A stretch of 64,000 nucleotides of DNA from Squalus acanthias. Taxonomy: Eukaryota. This document shows, piece after piece, positions 26,966-38,494 of this stretch. The DNA is taken from positions 127,286,001 to 127,350,000 of the forward strand of contig CM059434.1 in the NCBI GenBank assembly GCA_030390025.1, in the 5' to 3' direction. Below the pieces are notes generated by a model. The model did no database searches. It saw only the letters and a program-made list of their open reading frames with translations, and was not told the origin of the DNA. The translations under genes and the position numbers were made by a program. Every line of letters starts with the position of its first letter. Within the stretch, counting starts at the first letter, position 1.

Positions 26966-29900
26966 AATCTTAGTTGTTTGAAGCATGTGGTTTACAAATG
27001 GACATATATTGATGAACCCGACCTTCCCCTTTTCACCTTCAACTCGTAGTCCAGAGTTGGTGTTGGGGCAAACTCCACACCCCCAACTTGGTTTAGACAT
27101 GGTGGACATCACACTCGGAGTAGTATACCGTTCATTCTCCTTCTCTAATCAGTACAAGTTGAAGTCGGATTCCATTCAAACTAAGGTAAGCAGAGATTAC
27201 CTACACTGCTCAGCAAGAGTACAATTGCTCTCCCATCCGTAGAGGATATCCAGCAGTTTCACTTACTGTGCGCTGTGAAGAAGCTCCATTAATGTGGAAC
27301 TGATTTTGAATCTTTACAGGAGCACCAGGTGGCTTAAGGAAGCAAAGCAGTACAGGAAAATTAGGAAACTGCAAAACTGAAACATTCCAGACAGTGATCC
27401 CAACCCGTGTGCTTTACATGACATCACTGTATACTTGTCTTCCATGGTGTCTTTGTCCCTACATTATCCTGTTCCATTTTAAACCCCGTCATTACGATAT
27501 ATTTTACGCATATTATACAACTAAAATGCTCTTCAAATGTTTACATTGCTGTTGGTAGAGCGTTCTGTTTTCTGCTGCAACTGCATCAAAACTATATTGC
27601 CCATAAAATGTTGATTAAGAAGCATCTATGAATTACCAGCAATAAATCTTCACATACCACTTACTGCGGTCTGCGGAGTTCGCTCAACTCCTGAGACTCT
27701 TACCCTTGTATGCACAAATTCAAATATGGAATGAACAGTCATTTACTTAGTTTGTTGAGGTAACCATTGGAAAATAGGTGACTTGGATATTAGGACCCCA
27801 GCAGTCTTCTTGTGCTCCTGGCAACAGCCAAAGTCAAATTTGAGTTTTTGTCCTTGTTAAAGTTGCTGCTAACTGCACCCTGTTTAGCTACCCAATAAGA
27901 TTGAGTTTAACTTTACACTATCAGCTACGGCTATATTTTCAAAAACGCAAATTACTTTTGGGTAGTCTAAAGAATGGCCTCTTTCAACACTTTTTCTCAA
28001 AGTTCTTGCTCCAGAGTTTGAAAGGGTGTGTATTGGGCATAATCTACATCTACTATAACTCGCCACATTGTTGAAGGTGCACCTGAAGATTTATACTTGT
28101 AACAACAATAAAAGCTTTTTCAAGACCTTGCTGTGCAATGATGAACTTGTACCAGTCAATGGGCTTTACTTTTGCCATGTAGGAATTTAAGAACCGGTTT
28201 AGGCCACTTGGCCCATTAAACCTGCATTGCCATTTTGTGAGCCATGGCAGCTCGCTAATCCAATTCCCCACCCTTTCTCAATTTCCATTAATAAACATCG
28301 TCTCCAGCTCAGTCTCTGTTTTGATTTTAATCAGCTCAGTTGATTCTGCAGCAGTATATTCCACGTTCACTGTGGAAAAACATTTTCCTGAACTGACTCA
28401 TAACTGTCTTGGCTCAAATTCTGAGATCATGCCCCCTTGTTCTGCCACAAGTAAGACCCATTCCCTATCTACCCTGTGAATTTCCATCATTTTATACACG
28501 TTAACCCCTTAACCACCTCCATGTCTGGGGAATATAACCCCAAGTTTTCCAGTCTCTCATGGCTAATGTGCTTTATCCCAAATAGCAACCTGGTGAATCA
28601 TTGCCACGGCCATTTTCAACCCTCTGTGTATGAATTCCTCTGGCTGTGTGTTTCATACCTGTCTGATGCTGGTTCCCATGTAAGGCAAATGCTTGGTTCA
28701 TTTCTGACTGGAGGGAGAATTTCTATTTCTCTTGTGTGCTTCCAGGAAAAAGAAGCCCTCGTTCGTGACACTGGCATGTGACCAGGTGTTCACGCTGACT
28801 TTGTGTTTGGATAGTCCATTGTCAGTATTAATGCAAGTTGCTGGTATCCTGAGTGAACCATTTGAGGTACCAATATGAACAGCATTTGATGCCTCAATTA
28901 TTCTTTCTAGAACTGCTTAGTTTTCTGTAAAACAGAAAATAGAGAAATCTAAATGAAGGGCTAAGGCCCATAGTGCAGAACACTACCAAGATTAAAAAGA
29001 GAAAGGTATAAAATATATAAATTTTAGAATTAGTTGCTAAGTGACACTAAACGTAGGTTTTACAACCTTACGCACTGTAGGAAAATATTGAGCTAGATGA
29101 GAAGTTTCACGGGTATATATACCTGACACCATGATGGATGCTCTCTAAACCTTTATATATGCAGGTTTCTGAACTCTGCTCTCTTTGTCCACTAAATCTG
29201 TCTATAATAATTTTCTGGTTCGCTTTATAGCTATTGATAAAAGTTCTTGGCTCACAGACCAATTGTATGGTTTTGGAGTGACTGCTCCTACAATGTCTCT
29301 CGGTGGTACCTGGCCAAATTGTAGTGCTCAGTTTCCTTAATTCGGAATACATTTTTGCAACTAAGCGGATGTTAATTTGTGCGGCTGCTGTTTGCCACTC
29401 CATCCTCCCCTTCCCTCCTGAAAGCCGTGAGTAGTACTGGTTCCAACAGAGCCAATGTGAGCCTTGAGTGTGTTGGCAGACTATTTCACACACAGGCATT
29501 GCCGCCAAATCTAATCCGGTTCACTCACACAGCCTTCCAGCAAGATTCAAAGGATAGTCATCAGGAGTAACTCCCTTCTCCCAAAACCCAGCAATATCTC
29601 CTGTTCTGGCAGGGCTGAGACCAGGAATCTCCTGGAGGTTTCTTATTTTGTATGGGTCAGTAAGCTGTAGTTTCTTTTTATATTCGTACTGTTTTTATTT
29701 GGATTTCAAGAGACCAGTGTCCCTGCACCAGCTCCTGGTGCTTGCATTGCTAAATCTGATGGTGTTCTATATCAAATTAGCCCAAATAAATATTCTTTGC
29801 ATAATTGTTTTCTATTATTTTTCAAGAAAAATTCTGTTTGGCATGCATTGAATTATAAAGCAGTTAAACTCATCAATATAACCATTTCATTTAATTCTCT

Positions 29901-30154
29901 TCTGTTAAATTAGCTAACCTGCACTCCTAGAACAAACACTTACGTCATCCAAGAAAGTTTCCCAGCACGGGTGATCCATTGCATAGCAAACATTGTATGG
30001 GATACAGTTCCATGTACCAAGCTGAAGGAACAGTATGATCTGTAGAGCCAGGGTTATTACAACCTGTACCTTGTGGGTTATTAAATCTGCCAAGTTTTGC
30101 TCCTCAGGAGTGATGTTGATTTAAAAAAAACACATACACACCTCGGTTTTACAG

Positions 30155-31165
30155 CAATATGCACTTATACAATGCCTTTAAAGTTAAAAAAATGTTCCAG
30201 CCAAAGAGCAAGATATTCTGAAGGGTGGCTAAAAGCTTGGTTGAAGATGTAGGCTTTATGAAGTGTCTTTAGAAAAGAGGGAGGTTGATAGTTGGAGGGG
30301 TTTAGGAAGAGAATTTGAGTGGGGGCTGAAGGCACAGCTGCCAATAGTGGGATGAAGGTACACAAGAGGCCAGAGTCAGAAGAACAGATTTCAGGGAGCC
30401 TTGTAGCAGTGGAGGAGCTTGCAGAGAAAGGGAAGGGTGGGGCCATGGAGGGATTTTAACACAAGGATGAAAATGTTTACATTTGACTCTTTGGGAAGCA
30501 GGCAGCCAATTGTAAGTCAGCAAAGATAGAGGTGATGGACAAGTCGGAATTGGTGCTGGATACTACACGGGTAGAGTTTTGGGCAAGCTGGAGTTTACAG
30601 GGAGTGGAGGTTTGGAGGCTGGCTGGGAGAGCATTGGAATAATAGTCTGGAGGTGAGAAAAGTATGAATGAGGTTTTCAGTATGAGATGGGGCAGAGGTC
30701 GGCCATTTTATGGAAGTAGGTGATCTCTTTGACAGAGAGGATATGCAGTCAGAAATTCCACTCATGGTCAAATAGGACACAGAGGTTGTGAAGAGCGAGA
30801 TGGTGGTAGGGAAATAGAGTTGGTGGTGAAGGCACAGAAGTTGTGTCTGGGGAACTAAGGAAGATTGTTTTGGTCTTCCCAATGTTTATCTGGGGGATAA
30901 AAAATGCACCTCAGACAAGTAGTCTGACAGCGGTGAAGGTGGTGGAGAAGTGGAGCTTGACGTCCTCAACGTACGTGGACACTGACCCTGTGTTTGTGGA
31001 TTATGTTGCCAAGATGCAGCATGTAGATGAGGAAGGGGGCTAAGGATGGATCTTGGACAGACTTCCTCGGTGATGACCTGCGTAAGGAGACGCCGTTGCT
31101 TGAGATGCTACAGTTACACTCGGATAGGCGAGAGTGGAACCAAGCAAGGGCCATTCTACTGAGCG
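30155..31165 (-). mobile_element. L2 LINE fragment, continuing at 33321-33560
   Basis: Minus-strand ALAWFHS.LS, FLIYML.LG.II.KH.V, ENLIHTFLTSRL; upstream part ESFQSGF...LLIFLDLS at 33321-33504. Confidence 0.75.
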
Positions 31166-31423
31166 GTTTCCTCTCCCCCGCTATTCCTCCTTCATATCAA
31201 ATCATCTCCAATTAGCATCGAGCCCTATCTACTCTTTTGGTGATTACTCCAGTTTACGTTCATTAACTTCCTTCAGAGCCCACTACCTTCATTCCCCTCA
31301 GTACAACGGTTGGAACGTGGTAACTTGCTCTCCACGTATTGATCAATGCTAAGCCAGTTACAGTATTCAAAAAAATGAGAAGTCGCACAACACCAGGTTA
31401 TAGTCCAACAGATTTATTTAAAA

Positions 31424-31461
31424 TTACAAGCTTTCGGAGCTGTCGCCCCTTCGTCAGGCAA
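31424..31461 (-). ncRNA. Minimal hammerhead ribozyme motif, left-arm copy
   Basis: Exact reverse complement of 33130-33167. Confidence 0.82.
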
Positions 31462-31699
31462 AGGTACAGTGAGTGAATCTACAACATTACACCGTATATA
31501 AACACAGACACTGCAGAGATACAATCTTTCAGGGAAGGTGTCCTTACATCAAAGACATACCAGAGCACAGCCAAGACAATGAGATGTGTCACAGGGGGTC
31601 CAACGTGTCAAATCCTGCTGTCTGCAGTTGTTTTTTTTGGGGGTTTGCTTTTTTTAAAGTTTTTTTTTAAAAACTGGAAAGACAGACAACGATGTCGAG

Positions 31700-32186
31700 T
31701 CACGTTCTGTAGCGTGACATGAACCCGATATCCCTATTGAAGCCATCCTCATGGGTGCGGAACTTGGCTATCAGTTTCTGCTCGATGATTTTGCGTTGTC
31801 GTGTGTCTCGAAGGCCGCCTTGGAGAACGCTAACCCGCAGATCCGAGGCTGAATGTCCTTGACTGCTGAAGTGTTCCCCGACTGGGAGGTAGCAATCCTG
31901 CCTGGCGATTGTTGCGCGGTGTCCGTTCATACGTTGTCTCAGTGTCTGCATGGTCTCGCCGATGTACCATGCTCTGGGGCATCCTTTCCTGCAACGTATC
32001 AGGTAGACAACGTTGGCCGAGTCACATGAGTATGTACCATGTACCTGGTGGGTAGTGTCCTCACGTGTGATGACGGTATCTGTGTTCATGATCTGGCATG
32101 TCTTGCAGAGGTTGCCGTGGCAGGGTTGTGTGGTGTCGTGGTCGCTGTTCTCCTGACAGCTGGGTAATTTGCTGCGAACGATGGTA
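31700..32186 (-). pseudogene. Penelope GIY-YIG endonuclease remnant (left arm)
   Basis: ORF 31700..32089 (-) nearly identical to the right-arm protein (QDCY/QYCC, V/A, F/L differences). Confidence 0.9.
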
Positions 32187-32399
32187 CTTTGAGGTTAGGC
32201 GGCTGCTTGAAGGCGAGTAGTGGAGGCGTGGGGATGGCCTTAGCGAGGTGTTCGTCGTCATCGATGACATGTTGAAGGCTGCGAAGAAAGGCGCCATGTT
32301 CTTCGCAGCCTTCAACATGTCATCGATGACGACGAACACCTTGCTAAGGCCATCCCCACGCCTCCACTACTCGCCTTCAAGCAGCCGCCTAACCTCAAG

Positions 32400-32886
32400 T
32401 ACCATCGTTCGCAGCAAATTACCCAGCTGTCAGGAGAACAGCGACCACGACACCACACAACCCTGCCACGGCAACCTCTGCAAGACATGCCAGATCATGA
32501 ACACAGATACCGTCATCACACGTGAGGACACTACCCACCAGGTACATGGTACATACTCATGTGACTCGGCCAACGTTGTCTACCTGATACGTTGCAGGAA
32601 AGGATGCCCCAGAGCATGGTACATCGGCGAGACCATGCAGACACTGAGACAACGTATGAACGGACACCGCGCAACAATCGCCAGGCAGTATTGTTGCCTC
32701 CCAGTCGGGGAACACTTCAGCAGTCAAGGACATTCAGCCTCGGATCTGCGGGTTAGCGCTCTCCAAGGCGGCCTTCGAGACACACGACAACGCAAAATCA
32801 TCGAACAGAAACTGATAGCCAAGTTCCGCACCCATGAGGATGGCCTCAATAGGGATATCGGGTTCATGTCACGCTACAGAACGTGA
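32400..32886 (+). pseudogene. Penelope Cys-rich linker plus GIY-YIG endonuclease remnant (right arm)
   Basis: PCHGNLCKTC...SC linker, NVVYLIRC...WYIGET...RQRMNGHR...EHF...E...GLN motifs; no RT domain; frameshifted relative to the upstream PPLLAFKQPPNLK frame. Confidence 0.9.
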
Positions 32887-33129
32887 CTCGACATCGTTGT
32901 CTGTCTTTCCAGTTTTTTTAAAAAAAACACTTAAAAAAAAAACAAACCCCAAAAAAAACACAACTGCAGACAGCAGGATTTGACACGTTGGACCCCCTGT
33001 GACACATCTCATTGTCTTGGCTGTGCTCTGGTATGTCTTTGATGTAAGGACACCTTCCCTGAAAGATTGTATCTCTGCAGTGTCTATGTTTATATACGGT
33101 GTAATGTTGTAGATTCACTCATTGTACCT

Positions 33130-33167
33130 TTGCCTGACGAAGGGGCGACAGCTCCGAAAGCTTGTAA
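33130..33167 (+). ncRNA. Minimal type I hammerhead ribozyme motif in the Penelope terminal repeat
   Basis: UUGC-CUGACGA-A-GGGGC gaca GCUCC-GAA-AGCU-U-GUAA: stem I, core, stem II and palindromic AGCU in place of helix III. Confidence 0.82.
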
Positions 33168-33884
33168 TTTTAAATAAATCTGTTGGACTATAACCTGGTG
33201 TTGTGCGACTTCTCATTTTTGTCCACCCCAGTCCAACACCGGCATCTCCGCATCATGACCAGTATTCAAAAAGGTAGTGGATAATTACAAATACAAAAGG
33301 ATATGGGGAGACAGCGGAAATAGAAGAGAGGTCAAGAAAGATGAGGAGAGATAATGCACGGTGGTCGCAGTGTGTGGTGTCCGTGACTTTGTTTCGGGCT
33401 CTTTTGGTGCTGTGGGAGGAGTGGAAACCTGATTGGAAGGATTCAAATGGCGTTGTGGGAGGGATGGGCATGGATCCAGGAAGCGGGAACATTTTCAAGG
33501 ACATTGAAGAGGAAAAGGAGGTTTGAGATGGGGTTGAGGGTGGGTTTATTGAGGGAGTGGTGATGTATTGTTAATAGGCTTAGTGGCAATTCTTTATGGC
33601 ATAAACTGATCACTATTTGTATTGATCAGTCACTTATAACAATCAAAATCTGCTGTGCAGAGGTCTTTCGATGGGTAGTTTTATTTTCCGCCGGTGCTCA
33701 CGGGTTTCCCCAAACACTGGCCTTGCAGCGGGCAACAAACCAAATGTAAAGTTGCCAGGACTTTATAAAATCAGTGACTTGGAAAACATAAACATAGAAC
33801 TTATTAGCCATGAGAAGGCCATTGGACCCTCCTTATCTGCACTGAATGAGCAGTGCTCTCTGGAGGCAATTTTACAGTCCCATT

Positions 33885-34143
33885 TTTCCACTGTCTCCCC
33901 ATATCCTTTTGTATTTATAATTATCCACTACCTTTTTGAATACTGTAACTGGCTTAGCATTGATCAATACGTGGAGATCAAGTTACCACGTTCCAACTGT
34001 TGTACTGAGGGGAATTAAGGTAGTGGGCACTGAAGGAAGTTAATGAACGTAAACTGGAGTAATCGCCAAAAGAGTAGATAGGGCTCGATGCTAATTGGAG
34101 GAGATAATTTGATATTAAGGAGGAATAGCGGGGGAGAGGAAAC
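33885..34143. repeat. Uninterrupted donor copy of the inverted duplication; contains the empty Penelope target site
   Basis: ccactacctttttgaatactgtaactgg is the reverse complement of ccagttacagtattcaaaaaggtagtgg, with a single TSD copy. Confidence 0.9.
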
Positions 34144-34639
34144 AGGGACTAGCGAACTCCTGACATAATGAAAAAAGAGTTAAGTGATCAGCTAACGATT
34201 AAAGCACAGCAATTTGGTAGGGCACTGCACAGCCATGACCATACCCATAAACATACTTCGACATATGGTTTAGACAAAACTTTCAAGATGCTGGATAATT
34301 TGAGAGTTTTATAACTTTATAAAGGGTAATAGGATTTGAAGGGTTAGGGTGAGCACAAGTCAGTTTCAAGTTGAGAAAAGTTGGACTGGAAAAGAGATCA
34401 CAAAATTGAATTTTTCCATCACGCTAAGAGACAAAGTTGTTGACAATGGGAGAGATACCATCATGGCCAGAAAGAGGATGATCTGACAGATCTGGCAAAG
34501 AAAAAAGTTGATGCCTGCAATAATAGCACACAGTGCAAGGAGGTTCTTTAACAAGATTCGGTGAGCCATAACGGTTGGGGTTCTTATTGGAAAATCGACA
34601 TCTAAACCATCAGAATGGGAGAAGAGTGGAAAGCAGGAT

Positions 34640-34830
34640 ATAGAATCATAGAATGATACAGCACAGAAGGACACCATTCGGCCCCTCACGCCTGTGCCAG
34701 CTCTTTGGAAGAGCTATCCAATTCGTCCCACTCCCCAGAGCCCTGCAGATGTTTCCCCTTCAAGTATTTATCCAATTTTCTTTTGAAAGTTACTGCTTCC
34801 ACCACCCTTTCAGGCAGTGCATTCCAGATC
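34640..34830 (-). mobile_element. CR1 3' end fragment
   Basis: atagaatcatagaatgatacagcacagaagg...caggcagtgcattccagatc. Confidence 0.72.
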
Positions 34831-35269
34831 ATGAGAGTCAATTTTAACAAGAGACCAGAAGAAGCGATTGCCAGAAGGGCAGGAAGACAGCAGTAAACTT
34901 GTCATTAGCAGCCCCAATGGTGGATATTTAATGAGTTCTGATTGGGAAGCAAACTTAACATTGCAGAAAAGTATGGAAGCTGTTTTGCAGTTGCGAGCAA
35001 TTAGTTCTCAGACTGACCTCATTTTAAGCCCGGTTTTGCTGTTCCCAATTGTGCATGTTCTTGTTAGTTTCTCCCACGTTGTTGATCTTTTTGTAATCTG
35101 CATATAAAAGGTGGTAGATTTTTGTGTGTGGTGAATCCTCAATATAATGAACAACTTGAGAACTTTTGGGAATAATACTGAAACACTGTTTGATCAAACA
35201 AGCTCACTGCAGTTTGATTGATCTCAACCCCCATCTATCTACTTTATCACTATGTCCCAATCCCTTTTA

Positions 35270-35622
35270 CAGGAAACTCTTTCGTATCCGGCACCAACGG
35301 GACCGGGATGGTGCCGGTTGATTAAAAATTCCGGATAACGGAGAGGTATATCTACCGAGGCTATTTTTAACAAACAAAAATAAAAAAATCAAGAAATGTG
35401 CAGTATGATTGGGTACTCCCCTACAGAATGTTGTTAAATGGATGGTGGAAGATGCTTGATTAAGTACAGTAATGCCAGTTGAGGGTAATCCATAACTCTT
35501 TAATTACTTAACAGTAAAACAAAACTTATAAACGACTGTATACTGTAGTTTTCGGAGTATGAATTCTGCCGGTTATTAGAGAATTCCGGATATTTAGGTG
35601 CCGTTTAAACGAGAGTTTCCTG
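35270..35622. mobile_element. Tc1/mariner-Tigger-type MITE
   Basis: TA|caggaaactct...agagtttcctg|TA; subterminal repeated (t)ccgg(at) motifs. Confidence 0.8.
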
Positions 35623-37556
35623 TACTTCCCAGAATATCATCTGGTTAGCTCTTAAACACATTTACACTATTTACTTCGATGGCTTTCCCTGGTAACTTGT
35701 TCCATATGTCTTTTTAAACCTTTAAAATCTTGTGTTCTGCTCCTTCAAACAGGAAAACCACTGTTCAGTGGATTGTATTGTGTGCCCAAATATTTTTCAG
35801 GGAGATATTGGCAATGCACTCATACATTTTATGGTGAAGTGTGCTGCTCACCATGCTACTTGTAAGTGGTTGACATCTGCTGAGTGTTCAAACCCGTGGT
35901 TGCTGTTTATCTGTTGACTATCTAGTGACTATTCTTCTTGGGTAAAGGGAGGTTAAGTTGGGTCGTTTTCAGATCAAATCAGCTCATGGGTGATGCATCT
36001 AAAGATGGAAAACTGGAATCAAATGATAGACTTGGTAATCCAGTACCAGAGCCAGGCAGGTCAAGGACCCTTTGCCTTATTGAACGATTTGCCTCCATCA
36101 TGTTTGTCCATTACTAGGTACTGTTGATGACTAACCAGCAGCCTGGCTCATTAATGGGATATGCAGGGGTAGACCTACCACTAGGACCTGAAATTCTTCC
36201 CACTCAGCATCACACATCGCTGCCCTAATGGGTAAAGAAAATGGGAAGACAGAAGTAAGCTCATTGCTTTGTGCTGGTAAAATGTTGTGCTTAGCTGGTT
36301 AAACTCCAGTACCCCTGCGCACACTTGGGTGTCCTTAAACCTTGACTGATGCCAACCTGCATCTAAACCCTCCAGACTTAAGTAAGTGGAATGCCTCCCA
36401 ATGTAAAGGGAGGGGGGAGGACGAGAGAGAACTACGCATTCTATACTGGGCAAACAGAATTTCTATTTTTGTGATTTCTGAATTGCTTGGTTTGGAAACT
36501 CTGAAGCATGGGATATATTTTTGCAGTTGTTGGCTACCTCATTGATGAAAAAAATCTTTTATGCTATTATCCTGAATTTTAAGTTGCATCACCTGCTATT
36601 TGCCGAGATGAGGAAGGCTGTTGGCCCCATTTTAGCTCCTCTGTCGAGAAAAATCTATCCTTTTCCCTACCCTCAATGATGGTGATTTCAGGGGTTTTGC
36701 CTCCATTACCTTAACGAGAAAGTTTAATTCTTCTAAACTGAAAAGCCCAAGTATCTTCAGTCTTTTGTTCAAAACTCAATCCTCTGATGCTAAGGCTCAA
36801 TCTCATGGGTATTGTATTCCCTGCGTTATCATCGTGGCTTCAATGTCTTCTTCAGCAGAGCTGGACACCGTGCTTAAGGTGTGGTTTTACCAGAGCACTA
36901 TTCAGTTTAATCATCTCTTTACTGTTTTGGTTAGATAGCTCAGCACTCTATTTGCCTTGTTGATTGCTGCTCTGATTTGATTGGACGCACTGCTTCATAA
37001 ACTTAACAAAAATTCAATTAGATTCCCGTAAAGTACTTTTCCAAAGAAACTTAAGCCCAACTGAGACTTTCCCAATAATGTAGATAGATCCTTGCTGCTG
37101 TCCCAAAGTAACACAAGATCTGAAGAATGGAGATGTTGGCTTGTGAGAGTACTTCACAAAAAGCTTCGAAATTTCATTTTATGGAAAGCATTATGAAGTA
37201 TGAAAAGTGGGTCTTTTTCCCCAGCTGCTTTTATCAGCATTTCATTACAAAATAATTAGACTTCAACATGCAGCAAAACATTGTAAACACTAGTGCCTCA
37301 ATATAAGTCCCAACACTTTTTGAGAGTATATTGAAAGCCACTTGTCAGCTGAGCAATCTAATGAGTACAGTATATTTTTGTTATGAGATATTTATTTTGG
37401 TATTTTAATGTGTTGCTTATAAATGAATGATTTTCATTGATCATACCTAAGGATAGAATTTTTATTTGAAAAGACTGATACAATATGAGTGCAATAGAAA
37501 CAGAAATCGATGGAGACACTCATCGGGTCAGGCAGCATCTGTTGCGAGAGCACAAA

Positions 37557-37596
37557 TCAGTTGACGTTTCAGTTATAAACCCTTCCTCAGAACTGA
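37557..37596 (-). ncRNA. Minimal hammerhead motif of a second, probably Penelope-derived, repeat family
   Basis: Minus strand reads UCAGUU-CUGAGGA-A-GGGUU uau AACU-GAA-ACGU-C-AACUGA; 6-bp stem I and ACGU palindrome; inside a repeat at ~37495-37630. Confidence 0.68.
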
Positions 37597-37695
37597 AACA
37601 TGTTACACAGATGAACAGCATTTGAAAAGGAACAGAACAAGTGGAAGGGGTACACAATGCTCTCTCTTTTTCCCACTGTCATTCTCACGTGTGTG

Positions 37696-37700
<5 letters not shown>

Positions 37701-37740
<40 letters not shown>
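37701..37740. repeat. (AC)20 microsatellite
   Basis: Direct read. Confidence 0.97.
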
Positions 37741-37742
<2 letters not shown>

Positions 37743-38146
37743 AAGCACCAACCCACTTGTTCCAAGAAATGCCAGTGCACCCATCCTACATTTCCATCAC
37801 TTGTGGCCCGTGAGAAAATGTGAGCTATAGTTTGGGTCTGAAGTTTTTCAAGTCACAATTAAGGCCATCTGCAGTATTTGCTTTTTGTGTAGTCTGAGTG
37901 CATTTGGTTTGCAAAGAACTGTAGAGGATAGGGCTGATCAGTATTGTCTAGCATTTGAGATGTAAAAATAGGTTTATGCTTCTCTTCACTTGATTAAAGT
38001 TACTGAAAGAAAATTGGAATCTTGTGCCGCATGTTAATATTTTTACTCGACTTTGAGTTAACCACAGGATGGATGTAGGTTTCAGAGACCATCCAAAAAT
38101 GGTGTCACTGAAAACATTTTACAACTTTTCTAAATATTTGGTTTGA

Positions 38147-38329
<183 letters not shown>

Positions 38330-38494
38330 TAAGTTCTAAAGTGAAGGATTACCTGTAGTACTTAACCACAAGTGCTTCCATCATTGCAGTTCCCTGACGG
38401 TTTTGTACTGCTCGACATTCACGGGCACTGTTTTTTTGCTGTTCACAGCACTTGTATTTTGGAGGCCTGCAGAGCCTATAAATGTAAACATAAA

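Larger units (their letters stand above)
31371..33256. mobile_element. Penelope-like retroelement (probably Neptune-type), 5'-truncated, inserted as an inverted (palindromic) pair with a 3' extension and TSD
   Basis: 31371-~32292 is the reverse complement of ~32293-33220; extra tail 33221-33256; cagtattcaa(aaa) repeated at 31361-31373 and 33260-33272; GIY-YIG ORF remnants on both arms. Confidence 0.93.
31166..33320. repeat. Inverted duplicate (~255 bp once the Penelope is removed) of 33885-34143
   Basis: 31166-31373 joined to 33273-33320 matches the reverse complement of 33885-34143 with 9 substitutions and one 3-bp indel by manual count. Confidence 0.9.

Noticed and set aside
32248-32886. 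212-aa ORF as an intact or domesticated GIY-YIG gene
   Set aside because: It starts in the opposite arm and reads across the axis; the native frame is broken, the RT is absent and it is a recent TE copy.
31371-33220. Palindrome as a fold-back sequencing or assembly artefact
   Set aside because: The arms carry distinct substitutions, only one has the tail, a TSD is confirmed by the empty-site copy, and an independent miniature has the same layout.
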